This document shows positions 1 through 11,723 of a stretch of DNA of 64,000 bases, piece after piece. The position numbers and the translations under genes are program-made. Below the pieces are notes generated by a model, which saw only the letters and a list, made by a program, of their open reading frames with translations, had not been told where the DNA came from and searched no databases. The stretch's first letter is position 1. Every line of letters starts with the position of its first letter. The DNA comes from Squalus acanthias (Eukaryota), in assembly GCA_030390025.1 (NCBI GenBank), contig CM059430.1, positions 75,392,001 through 75,456,000 on the forward strand. The letters run 5' to 3'.

Positions 1-1900
1 TGGAACACCACTAGTTACTGATTGCCAGTCTGAGAATGAACCATTTATCCCAACTCTTTGCTTTCTGTTAGATAGCCAATCCTCTATCCATGCCAGAATA
101 TTACCCCCAATCCCGTGATTTTTTACCTTAAGCAATAATCTTTTGTGTGGCACCTTGTCAAATGCCTTTTGGAAGTCTAAATACACTACGTCCACTGGTT
201 CCCCTTTATCCACTCTATATGTTACTTCCTCAAAGAACTCCAGCAAATTTGTCAAACATGACTTCCCCTTCGTAAAACCATGCTGACTTTGTCCTATTAA
301 ATTATGATTATCCAAATGTCCTGTTACTGTTTCCTTAATAATGGACTCCAAAATTTTACCTACCACAGATGTTAGGCTAACCGGTCTATAGTTACCAGCC
401 TTCTGTCTACTGCCCTTTTTAAATAAGGGTGTTACATTAGCAGTTTTCCAGTCTGCCGGGACCTTAGCGGAATCCAGGGAGTTTTGAAAAATTATTACCA
501 ATGCATCTACAATCCCTACCGCCACTTCCTTCAAGACTCTAGGATGTAAGCCATCAGGTCCAGGTGATTTATCCGCCTTGAGTCCCATTATTTTACCGAG
601 TACCACTTCCTTAGTGATTTTGATCGTGTTTAGCTCCTCTCCCCCTATAGCCCCCTGTTTGTCCAGTGTTGGGATATTCTTAGTGTCCTCTACTGTAAAG
701 ACTGATACAAAATATTCATTCAGTGTTTTTGCCATCTCCATATTTCCCACCATTAATTTCCCGGTCTCATCCTCTAAGGGACCAACATTTACTTTAGCCA
801 CCCTTTTTCTTTTTATATAACTATAAAAACTCTTACTATATGTTTTTATATTTTTTGCTAATTTACTTTCATAATCTATCTTCCCTTTCTTAATCAATCT
901 TTTTGTTATTTTTTGCTGCCTTTTAAAGTTTTCCCAATCCTCTGTCCTCCCACTAGATTTCGCTACCTTATATGCCCTTGTTTTTAGTCGAATACTATCC
1001 TTAATTTCTTTACTTAGCCACGGATGACTGTCCTTTCTTTTACACCCTTTTCTTTTCAGTGGAATATATATTTTTTGGAAGTTGTAAAATAACTCCTTGA
1101 ATGTACACCACTGATCATGTGTCGTCTTACCCTTTAATCTATTTTCCCAATCCACTCTACTCAATTCCGCTCGCATACCTTCATAGTCTCCTTTATTCAA
1201 GCTTAGCACGCTTGTTTGAGATCCAACCTTCTCACCCTCTAATTGAATATGGAATTCAACCATGTTATGGTCACTCATTCCAAGGGGATCCTTTACTAGG
1301 ACATTTTTATTTAATCCTGTCTCGTTACACAGGACCAGATCTAAGGTTGCTTGCCCCCTGGTCGGTTCAGTTACATACTGCTCAAGAAACCCATCCCTAA
1401 TACACTCAATGAACTCATCCTCAAGGCAGCCCTGCCACATTTGATTTGTCCAATTAATATGATAGTTAAAATCCCCCATAATTATAGATGTTCCCTTATT
1501 ACATGCCTCAACTATTTCCTGATTGATACTCCGTCCAATAGAGTTGCAACTGTTCGGAGGCCTATAGACTACGCCCACTAATGTTTTTTTCCCCTTATTA
1601 TTCCTTATCTCCACCCAAACTGTTTCATTATTATGATTTTTTGACCCAATATCATTACTCTGTATTACAGTGATTCCTTCCTTTATTAACATAGCCACCC
1701 CACCTCCCCTTCCTTCCTGCCTGTCCTTCCTGATCGTTAAATAACCTGGTATGTTTAATTCCCAGGCATTGTCACCCTGCAGCCATGTTTCTGTAATGGC
1801 CGCAATATCATAACCATATGTAGTTATTTGTGCCATTAACTCGTCTATTTTGTTACGAATGCTACGTGCATTCAGATAGAGAACTTTCAAATATGCTTTG
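1..1900 (-). mobile_element. CR1-clade (HER1-like) LINE, degenerate ORF2 fragment (endonuclease to RT start)
   Basis: The reverse complement parallels the plus-strand CR1 ORF2 at 61190-63100 (e.g. ccatcaggtccaggtgatttatccgcc = ADKSPGPDG on minus). Endpoints approximate. Confidence 0.85.
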
Positions 1901-2054
1901 TGGCACTTAGATCCTGCTTTTTCACTTTTTACCAGTTTACCTTTTACTCCACACACTCTGTCCCTTCCTGCCACGCTCTGATTTGTGATTCCCCTACTGC
2001 TACCTATGTCTATGACCCTCTCTGTTGTCATTTTTATTTTTTGCTCTCTTGAAA

Positions 2055-2830
2055 GTTAGTGAAATTGGCGGTATTGAAGGCCGATAAAACGCCAGGGCCT
2101 GATAATTTACATCCTAGGGTACTTAAGTAAGTGTCCCGAGAAATAGTCGACGCATTGCTGATCATCTTCCAAAATTCTAAAGACTCTGGATTGGAGGGTA
2201 GCTAATTTAACCTCTCTATTTAAAAAAGGTGGTCGAGAGAAAACGGGGAATTACACACCGGGAAGCCTGACATCGGTAGTGGGGGAAATGCCAGAGTCCA
2301 TTTTAAAAGTTGTAATAGCAGAGCACTTGGAAAACAGTGACAGATTCAGACAAAGTCAACATGGATTTACAAAAGGTAAACAATGCTTGACTAATTAACT
2401 GCAATTTTTTGAGGCTGTAACTGGTAGAATAGATAAGGGAGAAACAGTGGATGTGGTTTATTTGGACTTTCACAAGGCTTTCGATAAGGTCCCGCTTAAG
2501 AGATTAGCGTGCAAAGTAAAGGACATGGGATTGGGGGTAAGGTACTGACTTGGATAGAAAACTGGTTGGCAGACAGGAAGCAGAGAGTTGGAATAAACCA
2601 GTCTTTTTCTGAGTTGCAGGCAGTGACTAGTGGGGTGCAGCAGGGCTCTGTGCTAGGACCCCAGTTATTCACAGTATATATAAATGATCTAGACGAGGGA
2701 ACTTGATGTAATATATCCAAGTTTGCAGACGACCCCTGGCTGGGTGGGCGTGTGAGCTGTGAGGAGGATGCAGAGAAACTCCAGTATGATTTGGGCAGGT
2801 TGAATGATTGGGCAGATGCAATGCAGATAG
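2055..2830 (+). mobile_element. CR1 LINE RT fragment, 5' half of a host copy interrupted by a nested insertion
   Basis: ORF 2509-2706 reads [16 protein letters not shown]...[20 protein letters not shown]. The element resumes at ~4418. Confidence 0.85.
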
Positions 2831-2832
2831 CG

Positions 2833-4415
2833 ACATAGAAACATAGAAGATAGGAGCAGGAGTAGGCCATTCGGCCCCTTGAGACTGTTCCGCCATTTAA
2901 TGAGATCATTGCTGATCATCCAAATTCAGTACCCTGTACCGGCTTTCTCCTCATATCCCTTGATCCCTTTAGCCTTAAGAAATATATCTAACTCCTTCTT
3001 GAATATACTTAATTAATTGCCCTCAACTGTCTTGTGTGGTAGAAAATTCCACAGGTTCACCACTCTCTGGGTGAAGACATGTCTCCTCATCTCAGTCCTA
3101 AATGGCTTACCCCTTATCCTTAGACTGTGACCCCTGGTTCTGGACTCCCCCACCATCGGGAACATCCTTCCTGCAACTAGTCTGTCTAGCTCTGATAGAA
3201 TTTTATAAGTTTCAATGAGATCCCCTCTCATTCTTCTAATCTATAGCGAATATAAGCCTAATCGACACAATCTCTCTTCATACGTCATTCCTGCCATCCC
3301 AGCTATCAGTCTGGTGAATCTTCGCTGCACTCTCTACATGGCGAGAACATCCTTCCTCAGATAAGGGGACCAAAACTGCACACAATACTCAAGGTGTTGT
3401 CACACCAAGGCCCTGTACATCTGCAGCAAGACATCCTTGCTCCTGTACTCGTATCCACTCGCTATGAAGGCCAGCACACCATTTGCCTTCTTAACCGTCT
3501 GCTGCACCTGCATGCTTACCTTCAGCGACTGGTGCACAAGAAAACCCAGGTCTCGTTGCACTTCCCCTTTTCCCTATCTATTGCCGTTCAGATAATAATC
3601 TGTCTTCCTGTTTTTGCCACCTAACATTTATCCACATTATACTGCATTTACCATGCATCTGCCCAATCACCCAACCTTTCCAAATCATACTAGAGTTTCT
3701 CTGCATCTTCCTCACAGCACACATGCCCACTCAACTTTGTGTCGTCTGCAAACTTGGAGATATTACATTTAGTTCCCTCAACTAGAGTATTTATATATAT
3801 TGTGAATAGCTGGGGTTCTAGCACCGTACCCGCCGGTACTCCACGAGTCACTGCCTGCCACACGGAAAAAGACCCATTTATTCCAACTCTTTGCTTCCTG
3901 TCTGCCAAACACTTTTCTATCCAAGTCAGTACCTTACCCCACATCCCATGTCCTTTACTTTTCACGCTAATCTCTTATGCGGGACCTTATCGAAAGCCTT
4001 GTTAAAGTCCAAATACACCACATCCACTGTTTGTAAATCCATGTTGACTTTTTCCGATCCTGTCTCTGTTTTACAAGTTCTCTGCTATTACATCTTTTAT
4101 AATGGACTCTAGCATTTTCCCGACTAGCGATGTCAGGCTTACCGTTCTATAATTCCACATTTTCTCTCGACCAACTTTTTTAAATAGTTTGATTACATTA
4201 TCTATCCTCCAATCCATGGAAACTGTTCCAGAGTCAATAGAATTTTGGAAGATAACCAGCAATGCATCTATTATTTCTAGGGCCACTTCCTTAAGTTCAC
4301 TAGGATGTAGATTATCAGGCCCTGGGTATTTATCGGCCTTCAATGCCGTCAATTTCCCTAACACCTTTTCCCTACAAATACTGATTTCATTCAATTCCTC
4401 CCTCTCATTAGACCC
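2833..4415 (-). mobile_element. CR1 LINE (RT plus 3' tail) nested in opposite orientation
   Basis: Tail repeat catagaaacatagaagatag at 2833. Minus-strand ORFs 3013-3231 (MRGDLIETYKIL), 3690-3965 (SKFADDTKL) and 4071-4394. Confidence 0.9.
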
Positions 4416-4417
4416 TA

Positions 4418-4947
4418 TGTATAATGTGGATAAACGCGAATGGAGGGAGTGCAGCGAAGAATCACCAGACTGATACCTGGGATGGCAGGAATGACATATG
4501 AAGAGAGATTGGATCGATTCGGCTTATATTCGCTAGAGTTTAGAAGAATGAGAGGGGATCTCATTGAAACTTATAAAATTCTAACAGGACTAGACAGACT
4601 AGATGCAGGAAGGCTGTTCCCAATGGTGCGGGAGCCAGAACCAGGGGTCACAGTCTAAGGATAAGTGTTAAACCTTTTAGGAATGAGATGAGGAGGAATT
4701 TCTTCACACAGAGACTGAGGAAACGGTGGTATTCTCTACCACAGAAGCTAGTTGAGGCCAATTAATTAAATATATTCAAGAAGGAGTTAGATATATTTCT
4801 TAAGAATAAGGGGATCAAGGGATATGGGGAGAAAGCAGGGTCAGGGTACTGAATTTGGATGATCAGCCATGATCGTTTTGAATGGCGGAGCAGGCTCGAA
4901 GGGCCGAATGACCTACTGCTGCTCCTATCTTCTATGTTTCTATGTTC
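4418..4947 (+). mobile_element. CR1 LINE 3' end (continuation of the 2055-2830 copy)
   Basis: ORF 4440-4658 EGVQRRITRLIPG...RMRGDLIETYKI. Ends in a ttctatgtttctatgttct tail. Confidence 0.88.
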
Positions 4948-5669
4948 TAGTCGTTCCTAGTTTAGCAGCTACTGTTACCAATCAAGAAATAAAAATGTGG
5001 CACGTAAAAACGTCATAAACGGCCGTATTGAACGCGACACGTGTTTTATGTTATGTTTGCATCAGTCTGCCAATCCATCACGGGAGATCTGGAGATAACT
5101 CAATAACTTTACGGGTGGTAGTGCTTTAAATCTTTCGGAATTTCCGACAGCATTGTCCGAAATATCTCTCATGTCTGATCGGAAATGGTGAAGGTCACTG
5201 AGGGAGAACTTTGGCGCAATCCTCACAATCTTCAGCTGTATCTTCGCCGGGCGATCAACGGAAACCCAGCACAAACGAAGTAACGGCCAGAATTCGCCAG
5301 CCTCGGCAGATTCCGCCGGTCTTCCGTCAGGGAACACCGCGGAAATTCTATGCGCAGAGCACTAAAATATGGAATGTTCCAGGACGAGTGCATGACCTTT
5401 ACTTCCTAGCTTTCCTTAGAGTTGGAGGTCCGGCGGCGAGGCCACTCTATCTGTGTGTGTAGAAACTTAAAATTGAGAACTGGCGCCTCTTCTGGCGCAT
5501 GTAGAACTGTTTCAGCAAATCTCACCAAAGGGACAAAGAGACATGTTCTGAATACATAGACAGGATGTCACGCTTCAGCGTGACGTATTTCATTCTCCGG
5601 CTCTTCAATGTGCTGACTAACCATCAGCTAGTTCACGGTCTGTGGTTCCGAGTGATCAATGGGTTCACA

Positions 5670-5724
5670 ATGTTGGCGAGTGCTGTAATTCAGTGCCTCT
5701 CTGTTCTGGGATTCATGTTCACAG
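5670..5724 (+). CDS. Gene 1 exon 1, signal peptide MLASAVIQCLSVLGFMFT
   Basis: ATG at 5670, 18 mostly hydrophobic codons, phase-1 donor ACAG|gtacat. Confidence 0.75.
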
Positions 5725-5894
5725 GTACATGTTGTTTCTATACCTTGCTTTCTCGCTAAAACGCATAGCTGCTTAACATTGTTTGATACAACATGTTTCA
5801 TTGTCCTTTGCACACATTGCCTTACTTACTTACCATCGCGCTTTTCCTTCTGTAATATTCTCACTAATTCGATTTTGATTTTCTTTTCCGAAAG

Positions 5895-6215
5895 GCTCCT
5901 GCGAAACTTCGCTCAAAGTGACTGAGCTCCCTGAAAGCACGAGCGGAATCACAGGTACAAACGTTTCCTTTCATTGCTCGATTGCCTTCTATCAAGACTG
6001 ACCACGGGTGAACGTGTACTGGTGGAAACAGGTTGTTAATAAATATCTAAGCACAGGACCTGATGACAAAAAAGTAAATGGCTCCAAAACTAAATTCAGC
6101 GGCTTCCTTCAGATCATCAATATGAGTTTCGAGGACTCGGGAGTATATTATTGCACTGTCGCCCTTCGAGGCAAAATAGTTGGAAACGGAATGGGATCCA
6201 ATTTAGCTGTCTGGG
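5895..6215 (+). CDS. Gene 1 exon 2, V-set Ig domain with J-like G strand (in-frame TGA 5999-6001)
   Basis: Acceptor ttttccgaaag|. Reads KVTELPESTSGITGTNVSFHC...VYWW...FLQIINMSFEDSGVYYC...GNGMGSNLAVW. Donor G|gtaagt, phase 1/1. Confidence 0.92.
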
Positions 6216-7194
6216 GTAAGTATAAAAGAAGCGGCGAATGAGATCCATGTGACTGCATTATTTCCCACTTCGAAGAAATTCTCGATGTGCTTTGTAGGAT
6301 TCACAAAGCAACTTAAATTCCGGTCGTTTTATGTGTATATATTCAAATTGCACTGTTGACTGCTACACGTTACATGCTAATATGTATTGTAATATTTCAG
6401 CAATATTAATCAAGACGAGCATTATCGGATTCATCCGAAGTACACAGTAAGCATGTATACAACAAGCGTATGAGTTTAAAATTGCAGTGTCCGTTAAGGA
6501 TGTGTATAATGGATAGGAGCGTGTATCCGCCACTGTAAGCACCGATCTTACCCTAGTTACTGGTTTCTTTTGTCTGCTAAAGCTACGGAGGACAGACTGT
6601 TTACATTGGGATTCAGATTAGCACATTCATAATTTAATGGTCTACACGTTAAGACCTTCGAAAACCAAATTGCTAACGGTTAATATCCGCACTCTGTAGC
6701 TTGATCCTCGGACCCCTTATTTTAATCATCATTGAAGCCTCCAGCAAATAAGGTTTCGCACCGGACCTTCGTGCCATAGCCCCTCTATCTTGGGTAAATT
6801 ATACTTCCTCATCAGATGTTATGCTCAACGAGATGGAGTTGGTCCGCAGATGTAACGCAAAGCAAGCGTCAGTGATTCGGCAACCCGATATACAGCACAC
6901 TCAATGTTCTGTAACATTAGAAAAGAAAATCGGCGAGCAGTAAAAGGGTGGCCTATTCGCTGCAATCCGGTTTTCGCCCGGGAAAACCAGTTAAAATTAC
7001 CGCCGATATAAAGTTGACATTTATGAAGATGCCGTTTACGATGTAATTACCAATAGCGCACAGTGAACACCAGGCCCCCACCACTACCCAAACTCCCGGC
7101 CACATTGTGCTGTCAGGAATGGTCTGGAAGAAAGACGATGGGTTGCTAACCTTGAATGATGTCCATGTAACATTCTTTTCCTCCATTTTTCTAG

Positions 7195-7506
7195 TTCCGC
7201 CAACTCCACTGAAAATTGTCTCTAAGGAACCTGAAAACGATTCACTTGCGTCTCTGACTCTACTGTGCACAACATCTCCCTTTTACCCGCAGAATATCAG
7301 CTTCACTTGTTATAAAGATGGAACCAAAATTACAACAAGGATAAGTAACAGTAATCAACCCAACACCGATGGACTATATGAAGCTTCAGGCCGGTTGGAA
7401 GAGTCGCAGACTGTCGAGACCGGGACCGTTTATATCTGCCTGGTGTCTCACAGTGCACTCAAAATTCCAGCCCTGGCTACTCACATTGTCACCTACACGA
7501 ACACAG
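7195..7506 (+). CDS. Gene 1 exon 3, C1-set Ig domain
   Basis: Acceptor tttttctag|. Reads PPTPLKI...LTLLCTTSPFYPQNISFTCYKDG...PNTDGLYEASGRL...YICLVSHSAL (FYP, NxDGxY and YxCxVxH C1 motifs). Donor G|gtaatg. Confidence 0.93.
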
Positions 7507-7519
7507 GTAATGTTTCAGA

Positions 7520-8900
7520 TAGAATCATAGAATCTTACAGCAACGAAAGAGACAATTAGGCCCGGCGTGCCTGTACGGGCTCTTTGAAAGAGCAGTCCTA
7601 TTTAATCCCCACACCAGCTTTTTCCCCATAACTCTGCAAAGTAGTCCTCTTCCAGTACACGTCCAATTGCCTCTTGAAAGTTCCTATGGAAACTGGTTCC
7701 ACCAACCGTTCTGGTAATGCGTTCTGGATCCGAACAATAATTCGTGAGAAAATAATTCTCCTCAATTCGCCTCTAGTATTTAAACAATAATTTTAAGTCT
7801 ATCACTAATGGATACCGACCCATTTTCCAGTGGAAACAGTTTCTCCCTACTTGCTCCATCAAAACCTCTCATAATTTTGAATTTCTCTATAAGGTATCTC
7901 CTTCATCTTCCATGCTCCATGAGAATAATCCCAGCTTCTCCAATCTCTCTACATAACTCCAGGCCCTCATCACTGTTATCATCCTGCTAAACCTCATCTG
8001 TACCCTCTCCAAGAACTTGACACCCTTCCTAAATTGTGCTGCACAGAATTGGCTACAGAACTCCAGCTGAGGACTAGCCTGTGATTTGTAAAGGTTTAGC
8101 ATGACTTCCTTGTTTTTGTATTCACTGCTATATTTACAAAGTCAGTCATCCCATGTGCTTAATAAATCACCTTAACGTCTTGCCCTTCCACCTTCAAAGA
8201 TTTGTCAAATGCACCCCAGTTCCCCAGCCTCTGTAAGCCGCTCAAAATAGAACTATTTGGATTACACTGCCTCTCCATGTTGCTTCACCCACGTGCACAC
8301 TTCACCTGCCCGCATTAAATTGATCCTGACTTGTGCCTGCCCGATTCAACACTCCATCTATGTCCTGCTGAATTCTGCTATTTACTTCTCACTATTTCCT
8401 ATGTTGCCAAGTTTTGCATCATCTGCAAATTTGAAAATATTATTCCCTGTATCCAAGTCCTGGTCCTTTAGGTATATCGTATAAAACATTGGTATTAAGA
8501 CCTATCCATGGGAGATCCAACTGCATAATTCTCTCCAGTCAGAAAAGGCATTCTTTCACCACTGCACTCTGCCTCCTATCACAAAGCCAATTAAGTACCC
8601 AAGGTACCACCATCCCTAAAATTCAATGCGCCTCTATTTGCCGAATAAGTCTATTATGAGGTACTTTATTAAATGACTTTTTAAAATACATATATCTTCT
8701 CAACGACCTTCATCAAACCTCTCTGTTATTTCATTAAAGATCGCAATCAGGTTAATCAGACATGATTTTTATTTAACAAATACATGTTGGCTGTCCCTTA
8801 TTAACCCATGCTTCTCCGAGATAGAATACCAAGAGTTTCTAGTAATGTTCCCACTACTAACGTTAGACTTACTAGACTGTAGTTAACTGGTTTATCTATC
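7520..8900 (-). mobile_element. Old CR1 LINE fragments in the C1-TM intron
   Basis: ORF 7887-8102 (LYKSQASPQLEFCSQF...LERVQMRFSRMI) resembles the CR1 ORF2 C-terminus. Tail atagaatcatagaatc at ~7520. Confidence 0.75.
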
Positions 8901-9616
8901 TCAATTATCGTGCAAGTAAACGGTTTTCTGTGATGCATCCCCCAATCATTTGTTTACTTTTACTCGGATACCATTATCCGTGGGGTTCTGATAGGTGTTG
9001 TGCTCCATGTTCTCTGCAACAGCTGTTAGACATATTCTGCCCCAGTGGAAGTCACGGTCGAGGTGCGGAACTGACGTGTGGGACAGTATCCCGCAGTAAC
9101 TCGCACCCTGTGGTTCCAAGTCGGAACATGTCGGAGCTGGACCGCTGTCTCCAGCATTGCTTAAATCGAGCTTTAATCTTCAGCAAGATGTACATGTAGC
9201 AACTGTCGTCCTTAGCCGTCATATACAACAACAAACTAAACATGATCGAACTGAATTCAGTGGAAATAAAAATGGGAGGTAAATTAAATCAATCTGCCGA
9301 TTGGCTATCGCCCATTTTATAGTAATGCACAATGTCAGAATTAACCGCTGATATCGCAGTCTTATTTAAAGAAGAAACAAGGATACAATCACAGCTGAGT
9401 TTCAGCCAAGATAAAGTAAAATAACTATTATTTAAGCATGAAAAATAAAACAAAGACCAACATTTTTATTTTGTTTCATAAAATTGTAGCTTAATACAAA
9501 AAATAAATGGCAAAAAATATTTAAAATATTTTAATGTTTCTGATTTTTAAGTCATTGTCTAATTGAATTGAACAGTGTAGGGATTCATATTGATATATTT
9601 CATCTCAATCTTAAAG

Positions 9617-9727
9617 GTGGTGAGATCATCCATTACTTGCTGATTTCTGCAAGTGCAGGGGGCGGGTTGGTTGTCCTGGTGCTGGCTGTCATCATTGGGA
9701 AGCAATGTGTCTCAAAGAAAAATAAAG
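9617..9727 (+). CDS. Gene 1 exon 4, transmembrane segment with no charged residue; GC donor
   Basis: Acceptor cttaaag|. Reads GGEIIHYLLISASAGGGLVVLVLAVIIGKQCVSKKNK. Donor AAAG|gcaaga sits where gene 2 has AAAG|gtaagg. Confidence 0.85.
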
Positions 9728-10363
9728 GCAAGAAATAATTTAACACTTTACTAAAGTAAGAACAGTTTTCAAAGAGAGGGTGAGCGAGAACTTCATTTTA
9801 CATGTAGAGAGAAAGTTAGTTGATTGCAACTGAACAGTTCAAAGAGCTTTTACTCTGTCTCACAGGAACAGGGGCGTTTGCTGAACATAACATTGTATAC
9901 TGCGGTTTAAACTATATGGGACGCTTCACAGCCACCCCAGTCTGCTTCATTTATACAAATTGCAGCACCTGATTTATTGACTGTGGGTTTAATCACTGCC
10001 GGTGTAGCGGAAGATTCGAATTTCTAAAATGTGGTGGAATTTTCCGAATTCTCCCAGCCATCTGCAGAGACTGGCGGGATCTTTATTGGAAAATCACTGT
10101 ACATTGATTGTCAGTTTACGCCCATTCGGGACAATGAACGTAGAATTGTGGTAGTGTCCCCGCGATTTTCCAATCAGGATCGCGCAGCTTCCGAGGACCC
10201 AGCCGCATCTGAAAATTCAATTGTCAAAAACAGGTCGGAAACCAACAAATCCTTAAAATGTGATATCTAGATCGTGTTATACTTTACATTGAATCTACCC
10301 GAAGTGTCTTTCCAGGCTGAGTAATTGCCTCATTGTAAAGTCATGAATTTCATTCATTACCAG

Positions 10364-10407
10364 GAGCACAGAACGATGGCGAAAGATCCGACTATCGCGA
10401 ACAGCCG
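10364..10407 (+). CDS. Gene 1 exon 5, short cytoplasmic exon GAQNDGERSDYREQP
   Basis: ttaccag| ... |gtatgt, 44 nt, phase 1 to 0. Same length and phase as the gene 2 exon at 31486-31529. Confidence 0.75.
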
Positions 10408-10689
10408 GTATGTGTGCATGATTCATTGTAATATATCTCAGATATAAACATATACATAACAGTTTTAATCTATTTAAAGCAATAATTTGTCACGTTAAAA
10501 TCTACTGTTCTAAAGATTCATACACAAATAGCGCAGGTTGAATACAGCGCTTATGGGAAGGATTCGTCAATAGGTCAGAGGCAGATGAATTGTAAATGTC
10601 ATCTGCTGATGGCGAATAAGCATATTACTTAAGAGTTACCATAATTAATAATAAAGAACAGTTTTTGCCTCCTGGACAAAGCGGACAGT

Positions 10690-11075
10690 ATGTTGGCGGT
10701 AGTCCATAATGCTGTGCCCATTAACTAACGCTGAACTTAATCCAGAGTACGCGAGTTCAAATCCTATCATTGTAGTTTGAGATTTTGAATTCAGTTTTCA
10801 AAATCTGTAAATAAATGATGTTATCTGCAGAAGAGACCATGAAGCTGTGGGTTTGTCTTAAAACCCAAAGTGGTTCACTAACGTCGCTCAGGGAATGAAA
10901 CCTGCCATTCTTACCCGGTCTGCACTGTATATGACTTCAGTCCACACCAAGGTGGTTGACTCTCAACTTCCCCCTGCAGTCTCCTCTGAATCACGCCACC
11001 AGCAACTTCTGAGGGAAACCAGGAATCGGCAATAAACGCCGCCCTTGCCAGCGATGCCCACATTTCGAGAATTAA
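10690..11075 (+). mobile_element. Degenerate tRNA-derived SINE
   Basis: B-box-like gagttcaaatcc at ~10753. The 3' end (gggaaaccaggaatcggcaataaacgccgcccttgccag) resembles the 3' end of the LINE at 54375-55335. Confidence 0.55.
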
Positions 11076-11685
11076 TACAAATTCTGGCACAATGTCATAG
11101 GCTGACGGTGCCAGTTTAGCTATGTGTTGACCACGCGTGTAACCAGATCACAAAGATGGAATTTTGGGTGAATTTGCGGAAATGTGAAGAAGACGGGGAG
11201 ACAGATGACGATTAATCGGCATTCCCTTCAGTCGCCTCATTTTCCCGTCATAGTATCCAACCTCCAATGTCAACGCCCAACCTTCACCTCCTTGGGCGAA
11301 ACATGCTGATTCACGGCACAGGCTGTGAGACCAAGCAAGCACGGAGATGCTTATCGGGAAATTGAGTGTTATTTGCCCGCCATCTCCTACGTATTGAAAT
11401 CAATAGACAGAAATGAGTTGGCATTAATTCGAGGTGTTCCAATATATAACGACCTTTGCATGTGATTACCGATCGCGGGAAACGTCCGCGAAATTCCAGC
11501 CCATCAAGAGAGTTATTCCAACCAAATCTGATTCGTTCAGTGTATATGTTTTTCCGGATATCTGTTCGACATTTGTTTTCCATTCGTATGCCTAGTTCTA
11601 ATTCATCTCCGTGCTTGCGTCATCAGGGTCTACCTTAAAGTGAAAGACAGATGGATATTGATGTAGATATCAATATATAAATATA

Positions 11686-11723
<38 letters not shown>

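Noticed and set aside
578-4473. Many short ORFs antisense to or out of frame with LINE RT sequence (also 23220-23976, 38648-39103, 60037-62788)
   Set aside because: Shadow ORFs of CR1/Penelope coding sequence, not independent genes.
5999-6001. Selenocysteine TGA
   Set aside because: It is not at a conserved Cys position, no SECIS was recognised, and there is no precedent in IgSF receptors.
5895-7506. Rearranging Ig/TCR locus (V segment with RSS, separate J, C)
   Set aside because: Both V exons already include the G strand and end at a splice donor. The cacagtg at ~7060 is intronic with no convincing nonamer, and the one at ~7450 lies inside the C1 coding sequence. The long ITIM tail is unlike Ig/TCR.
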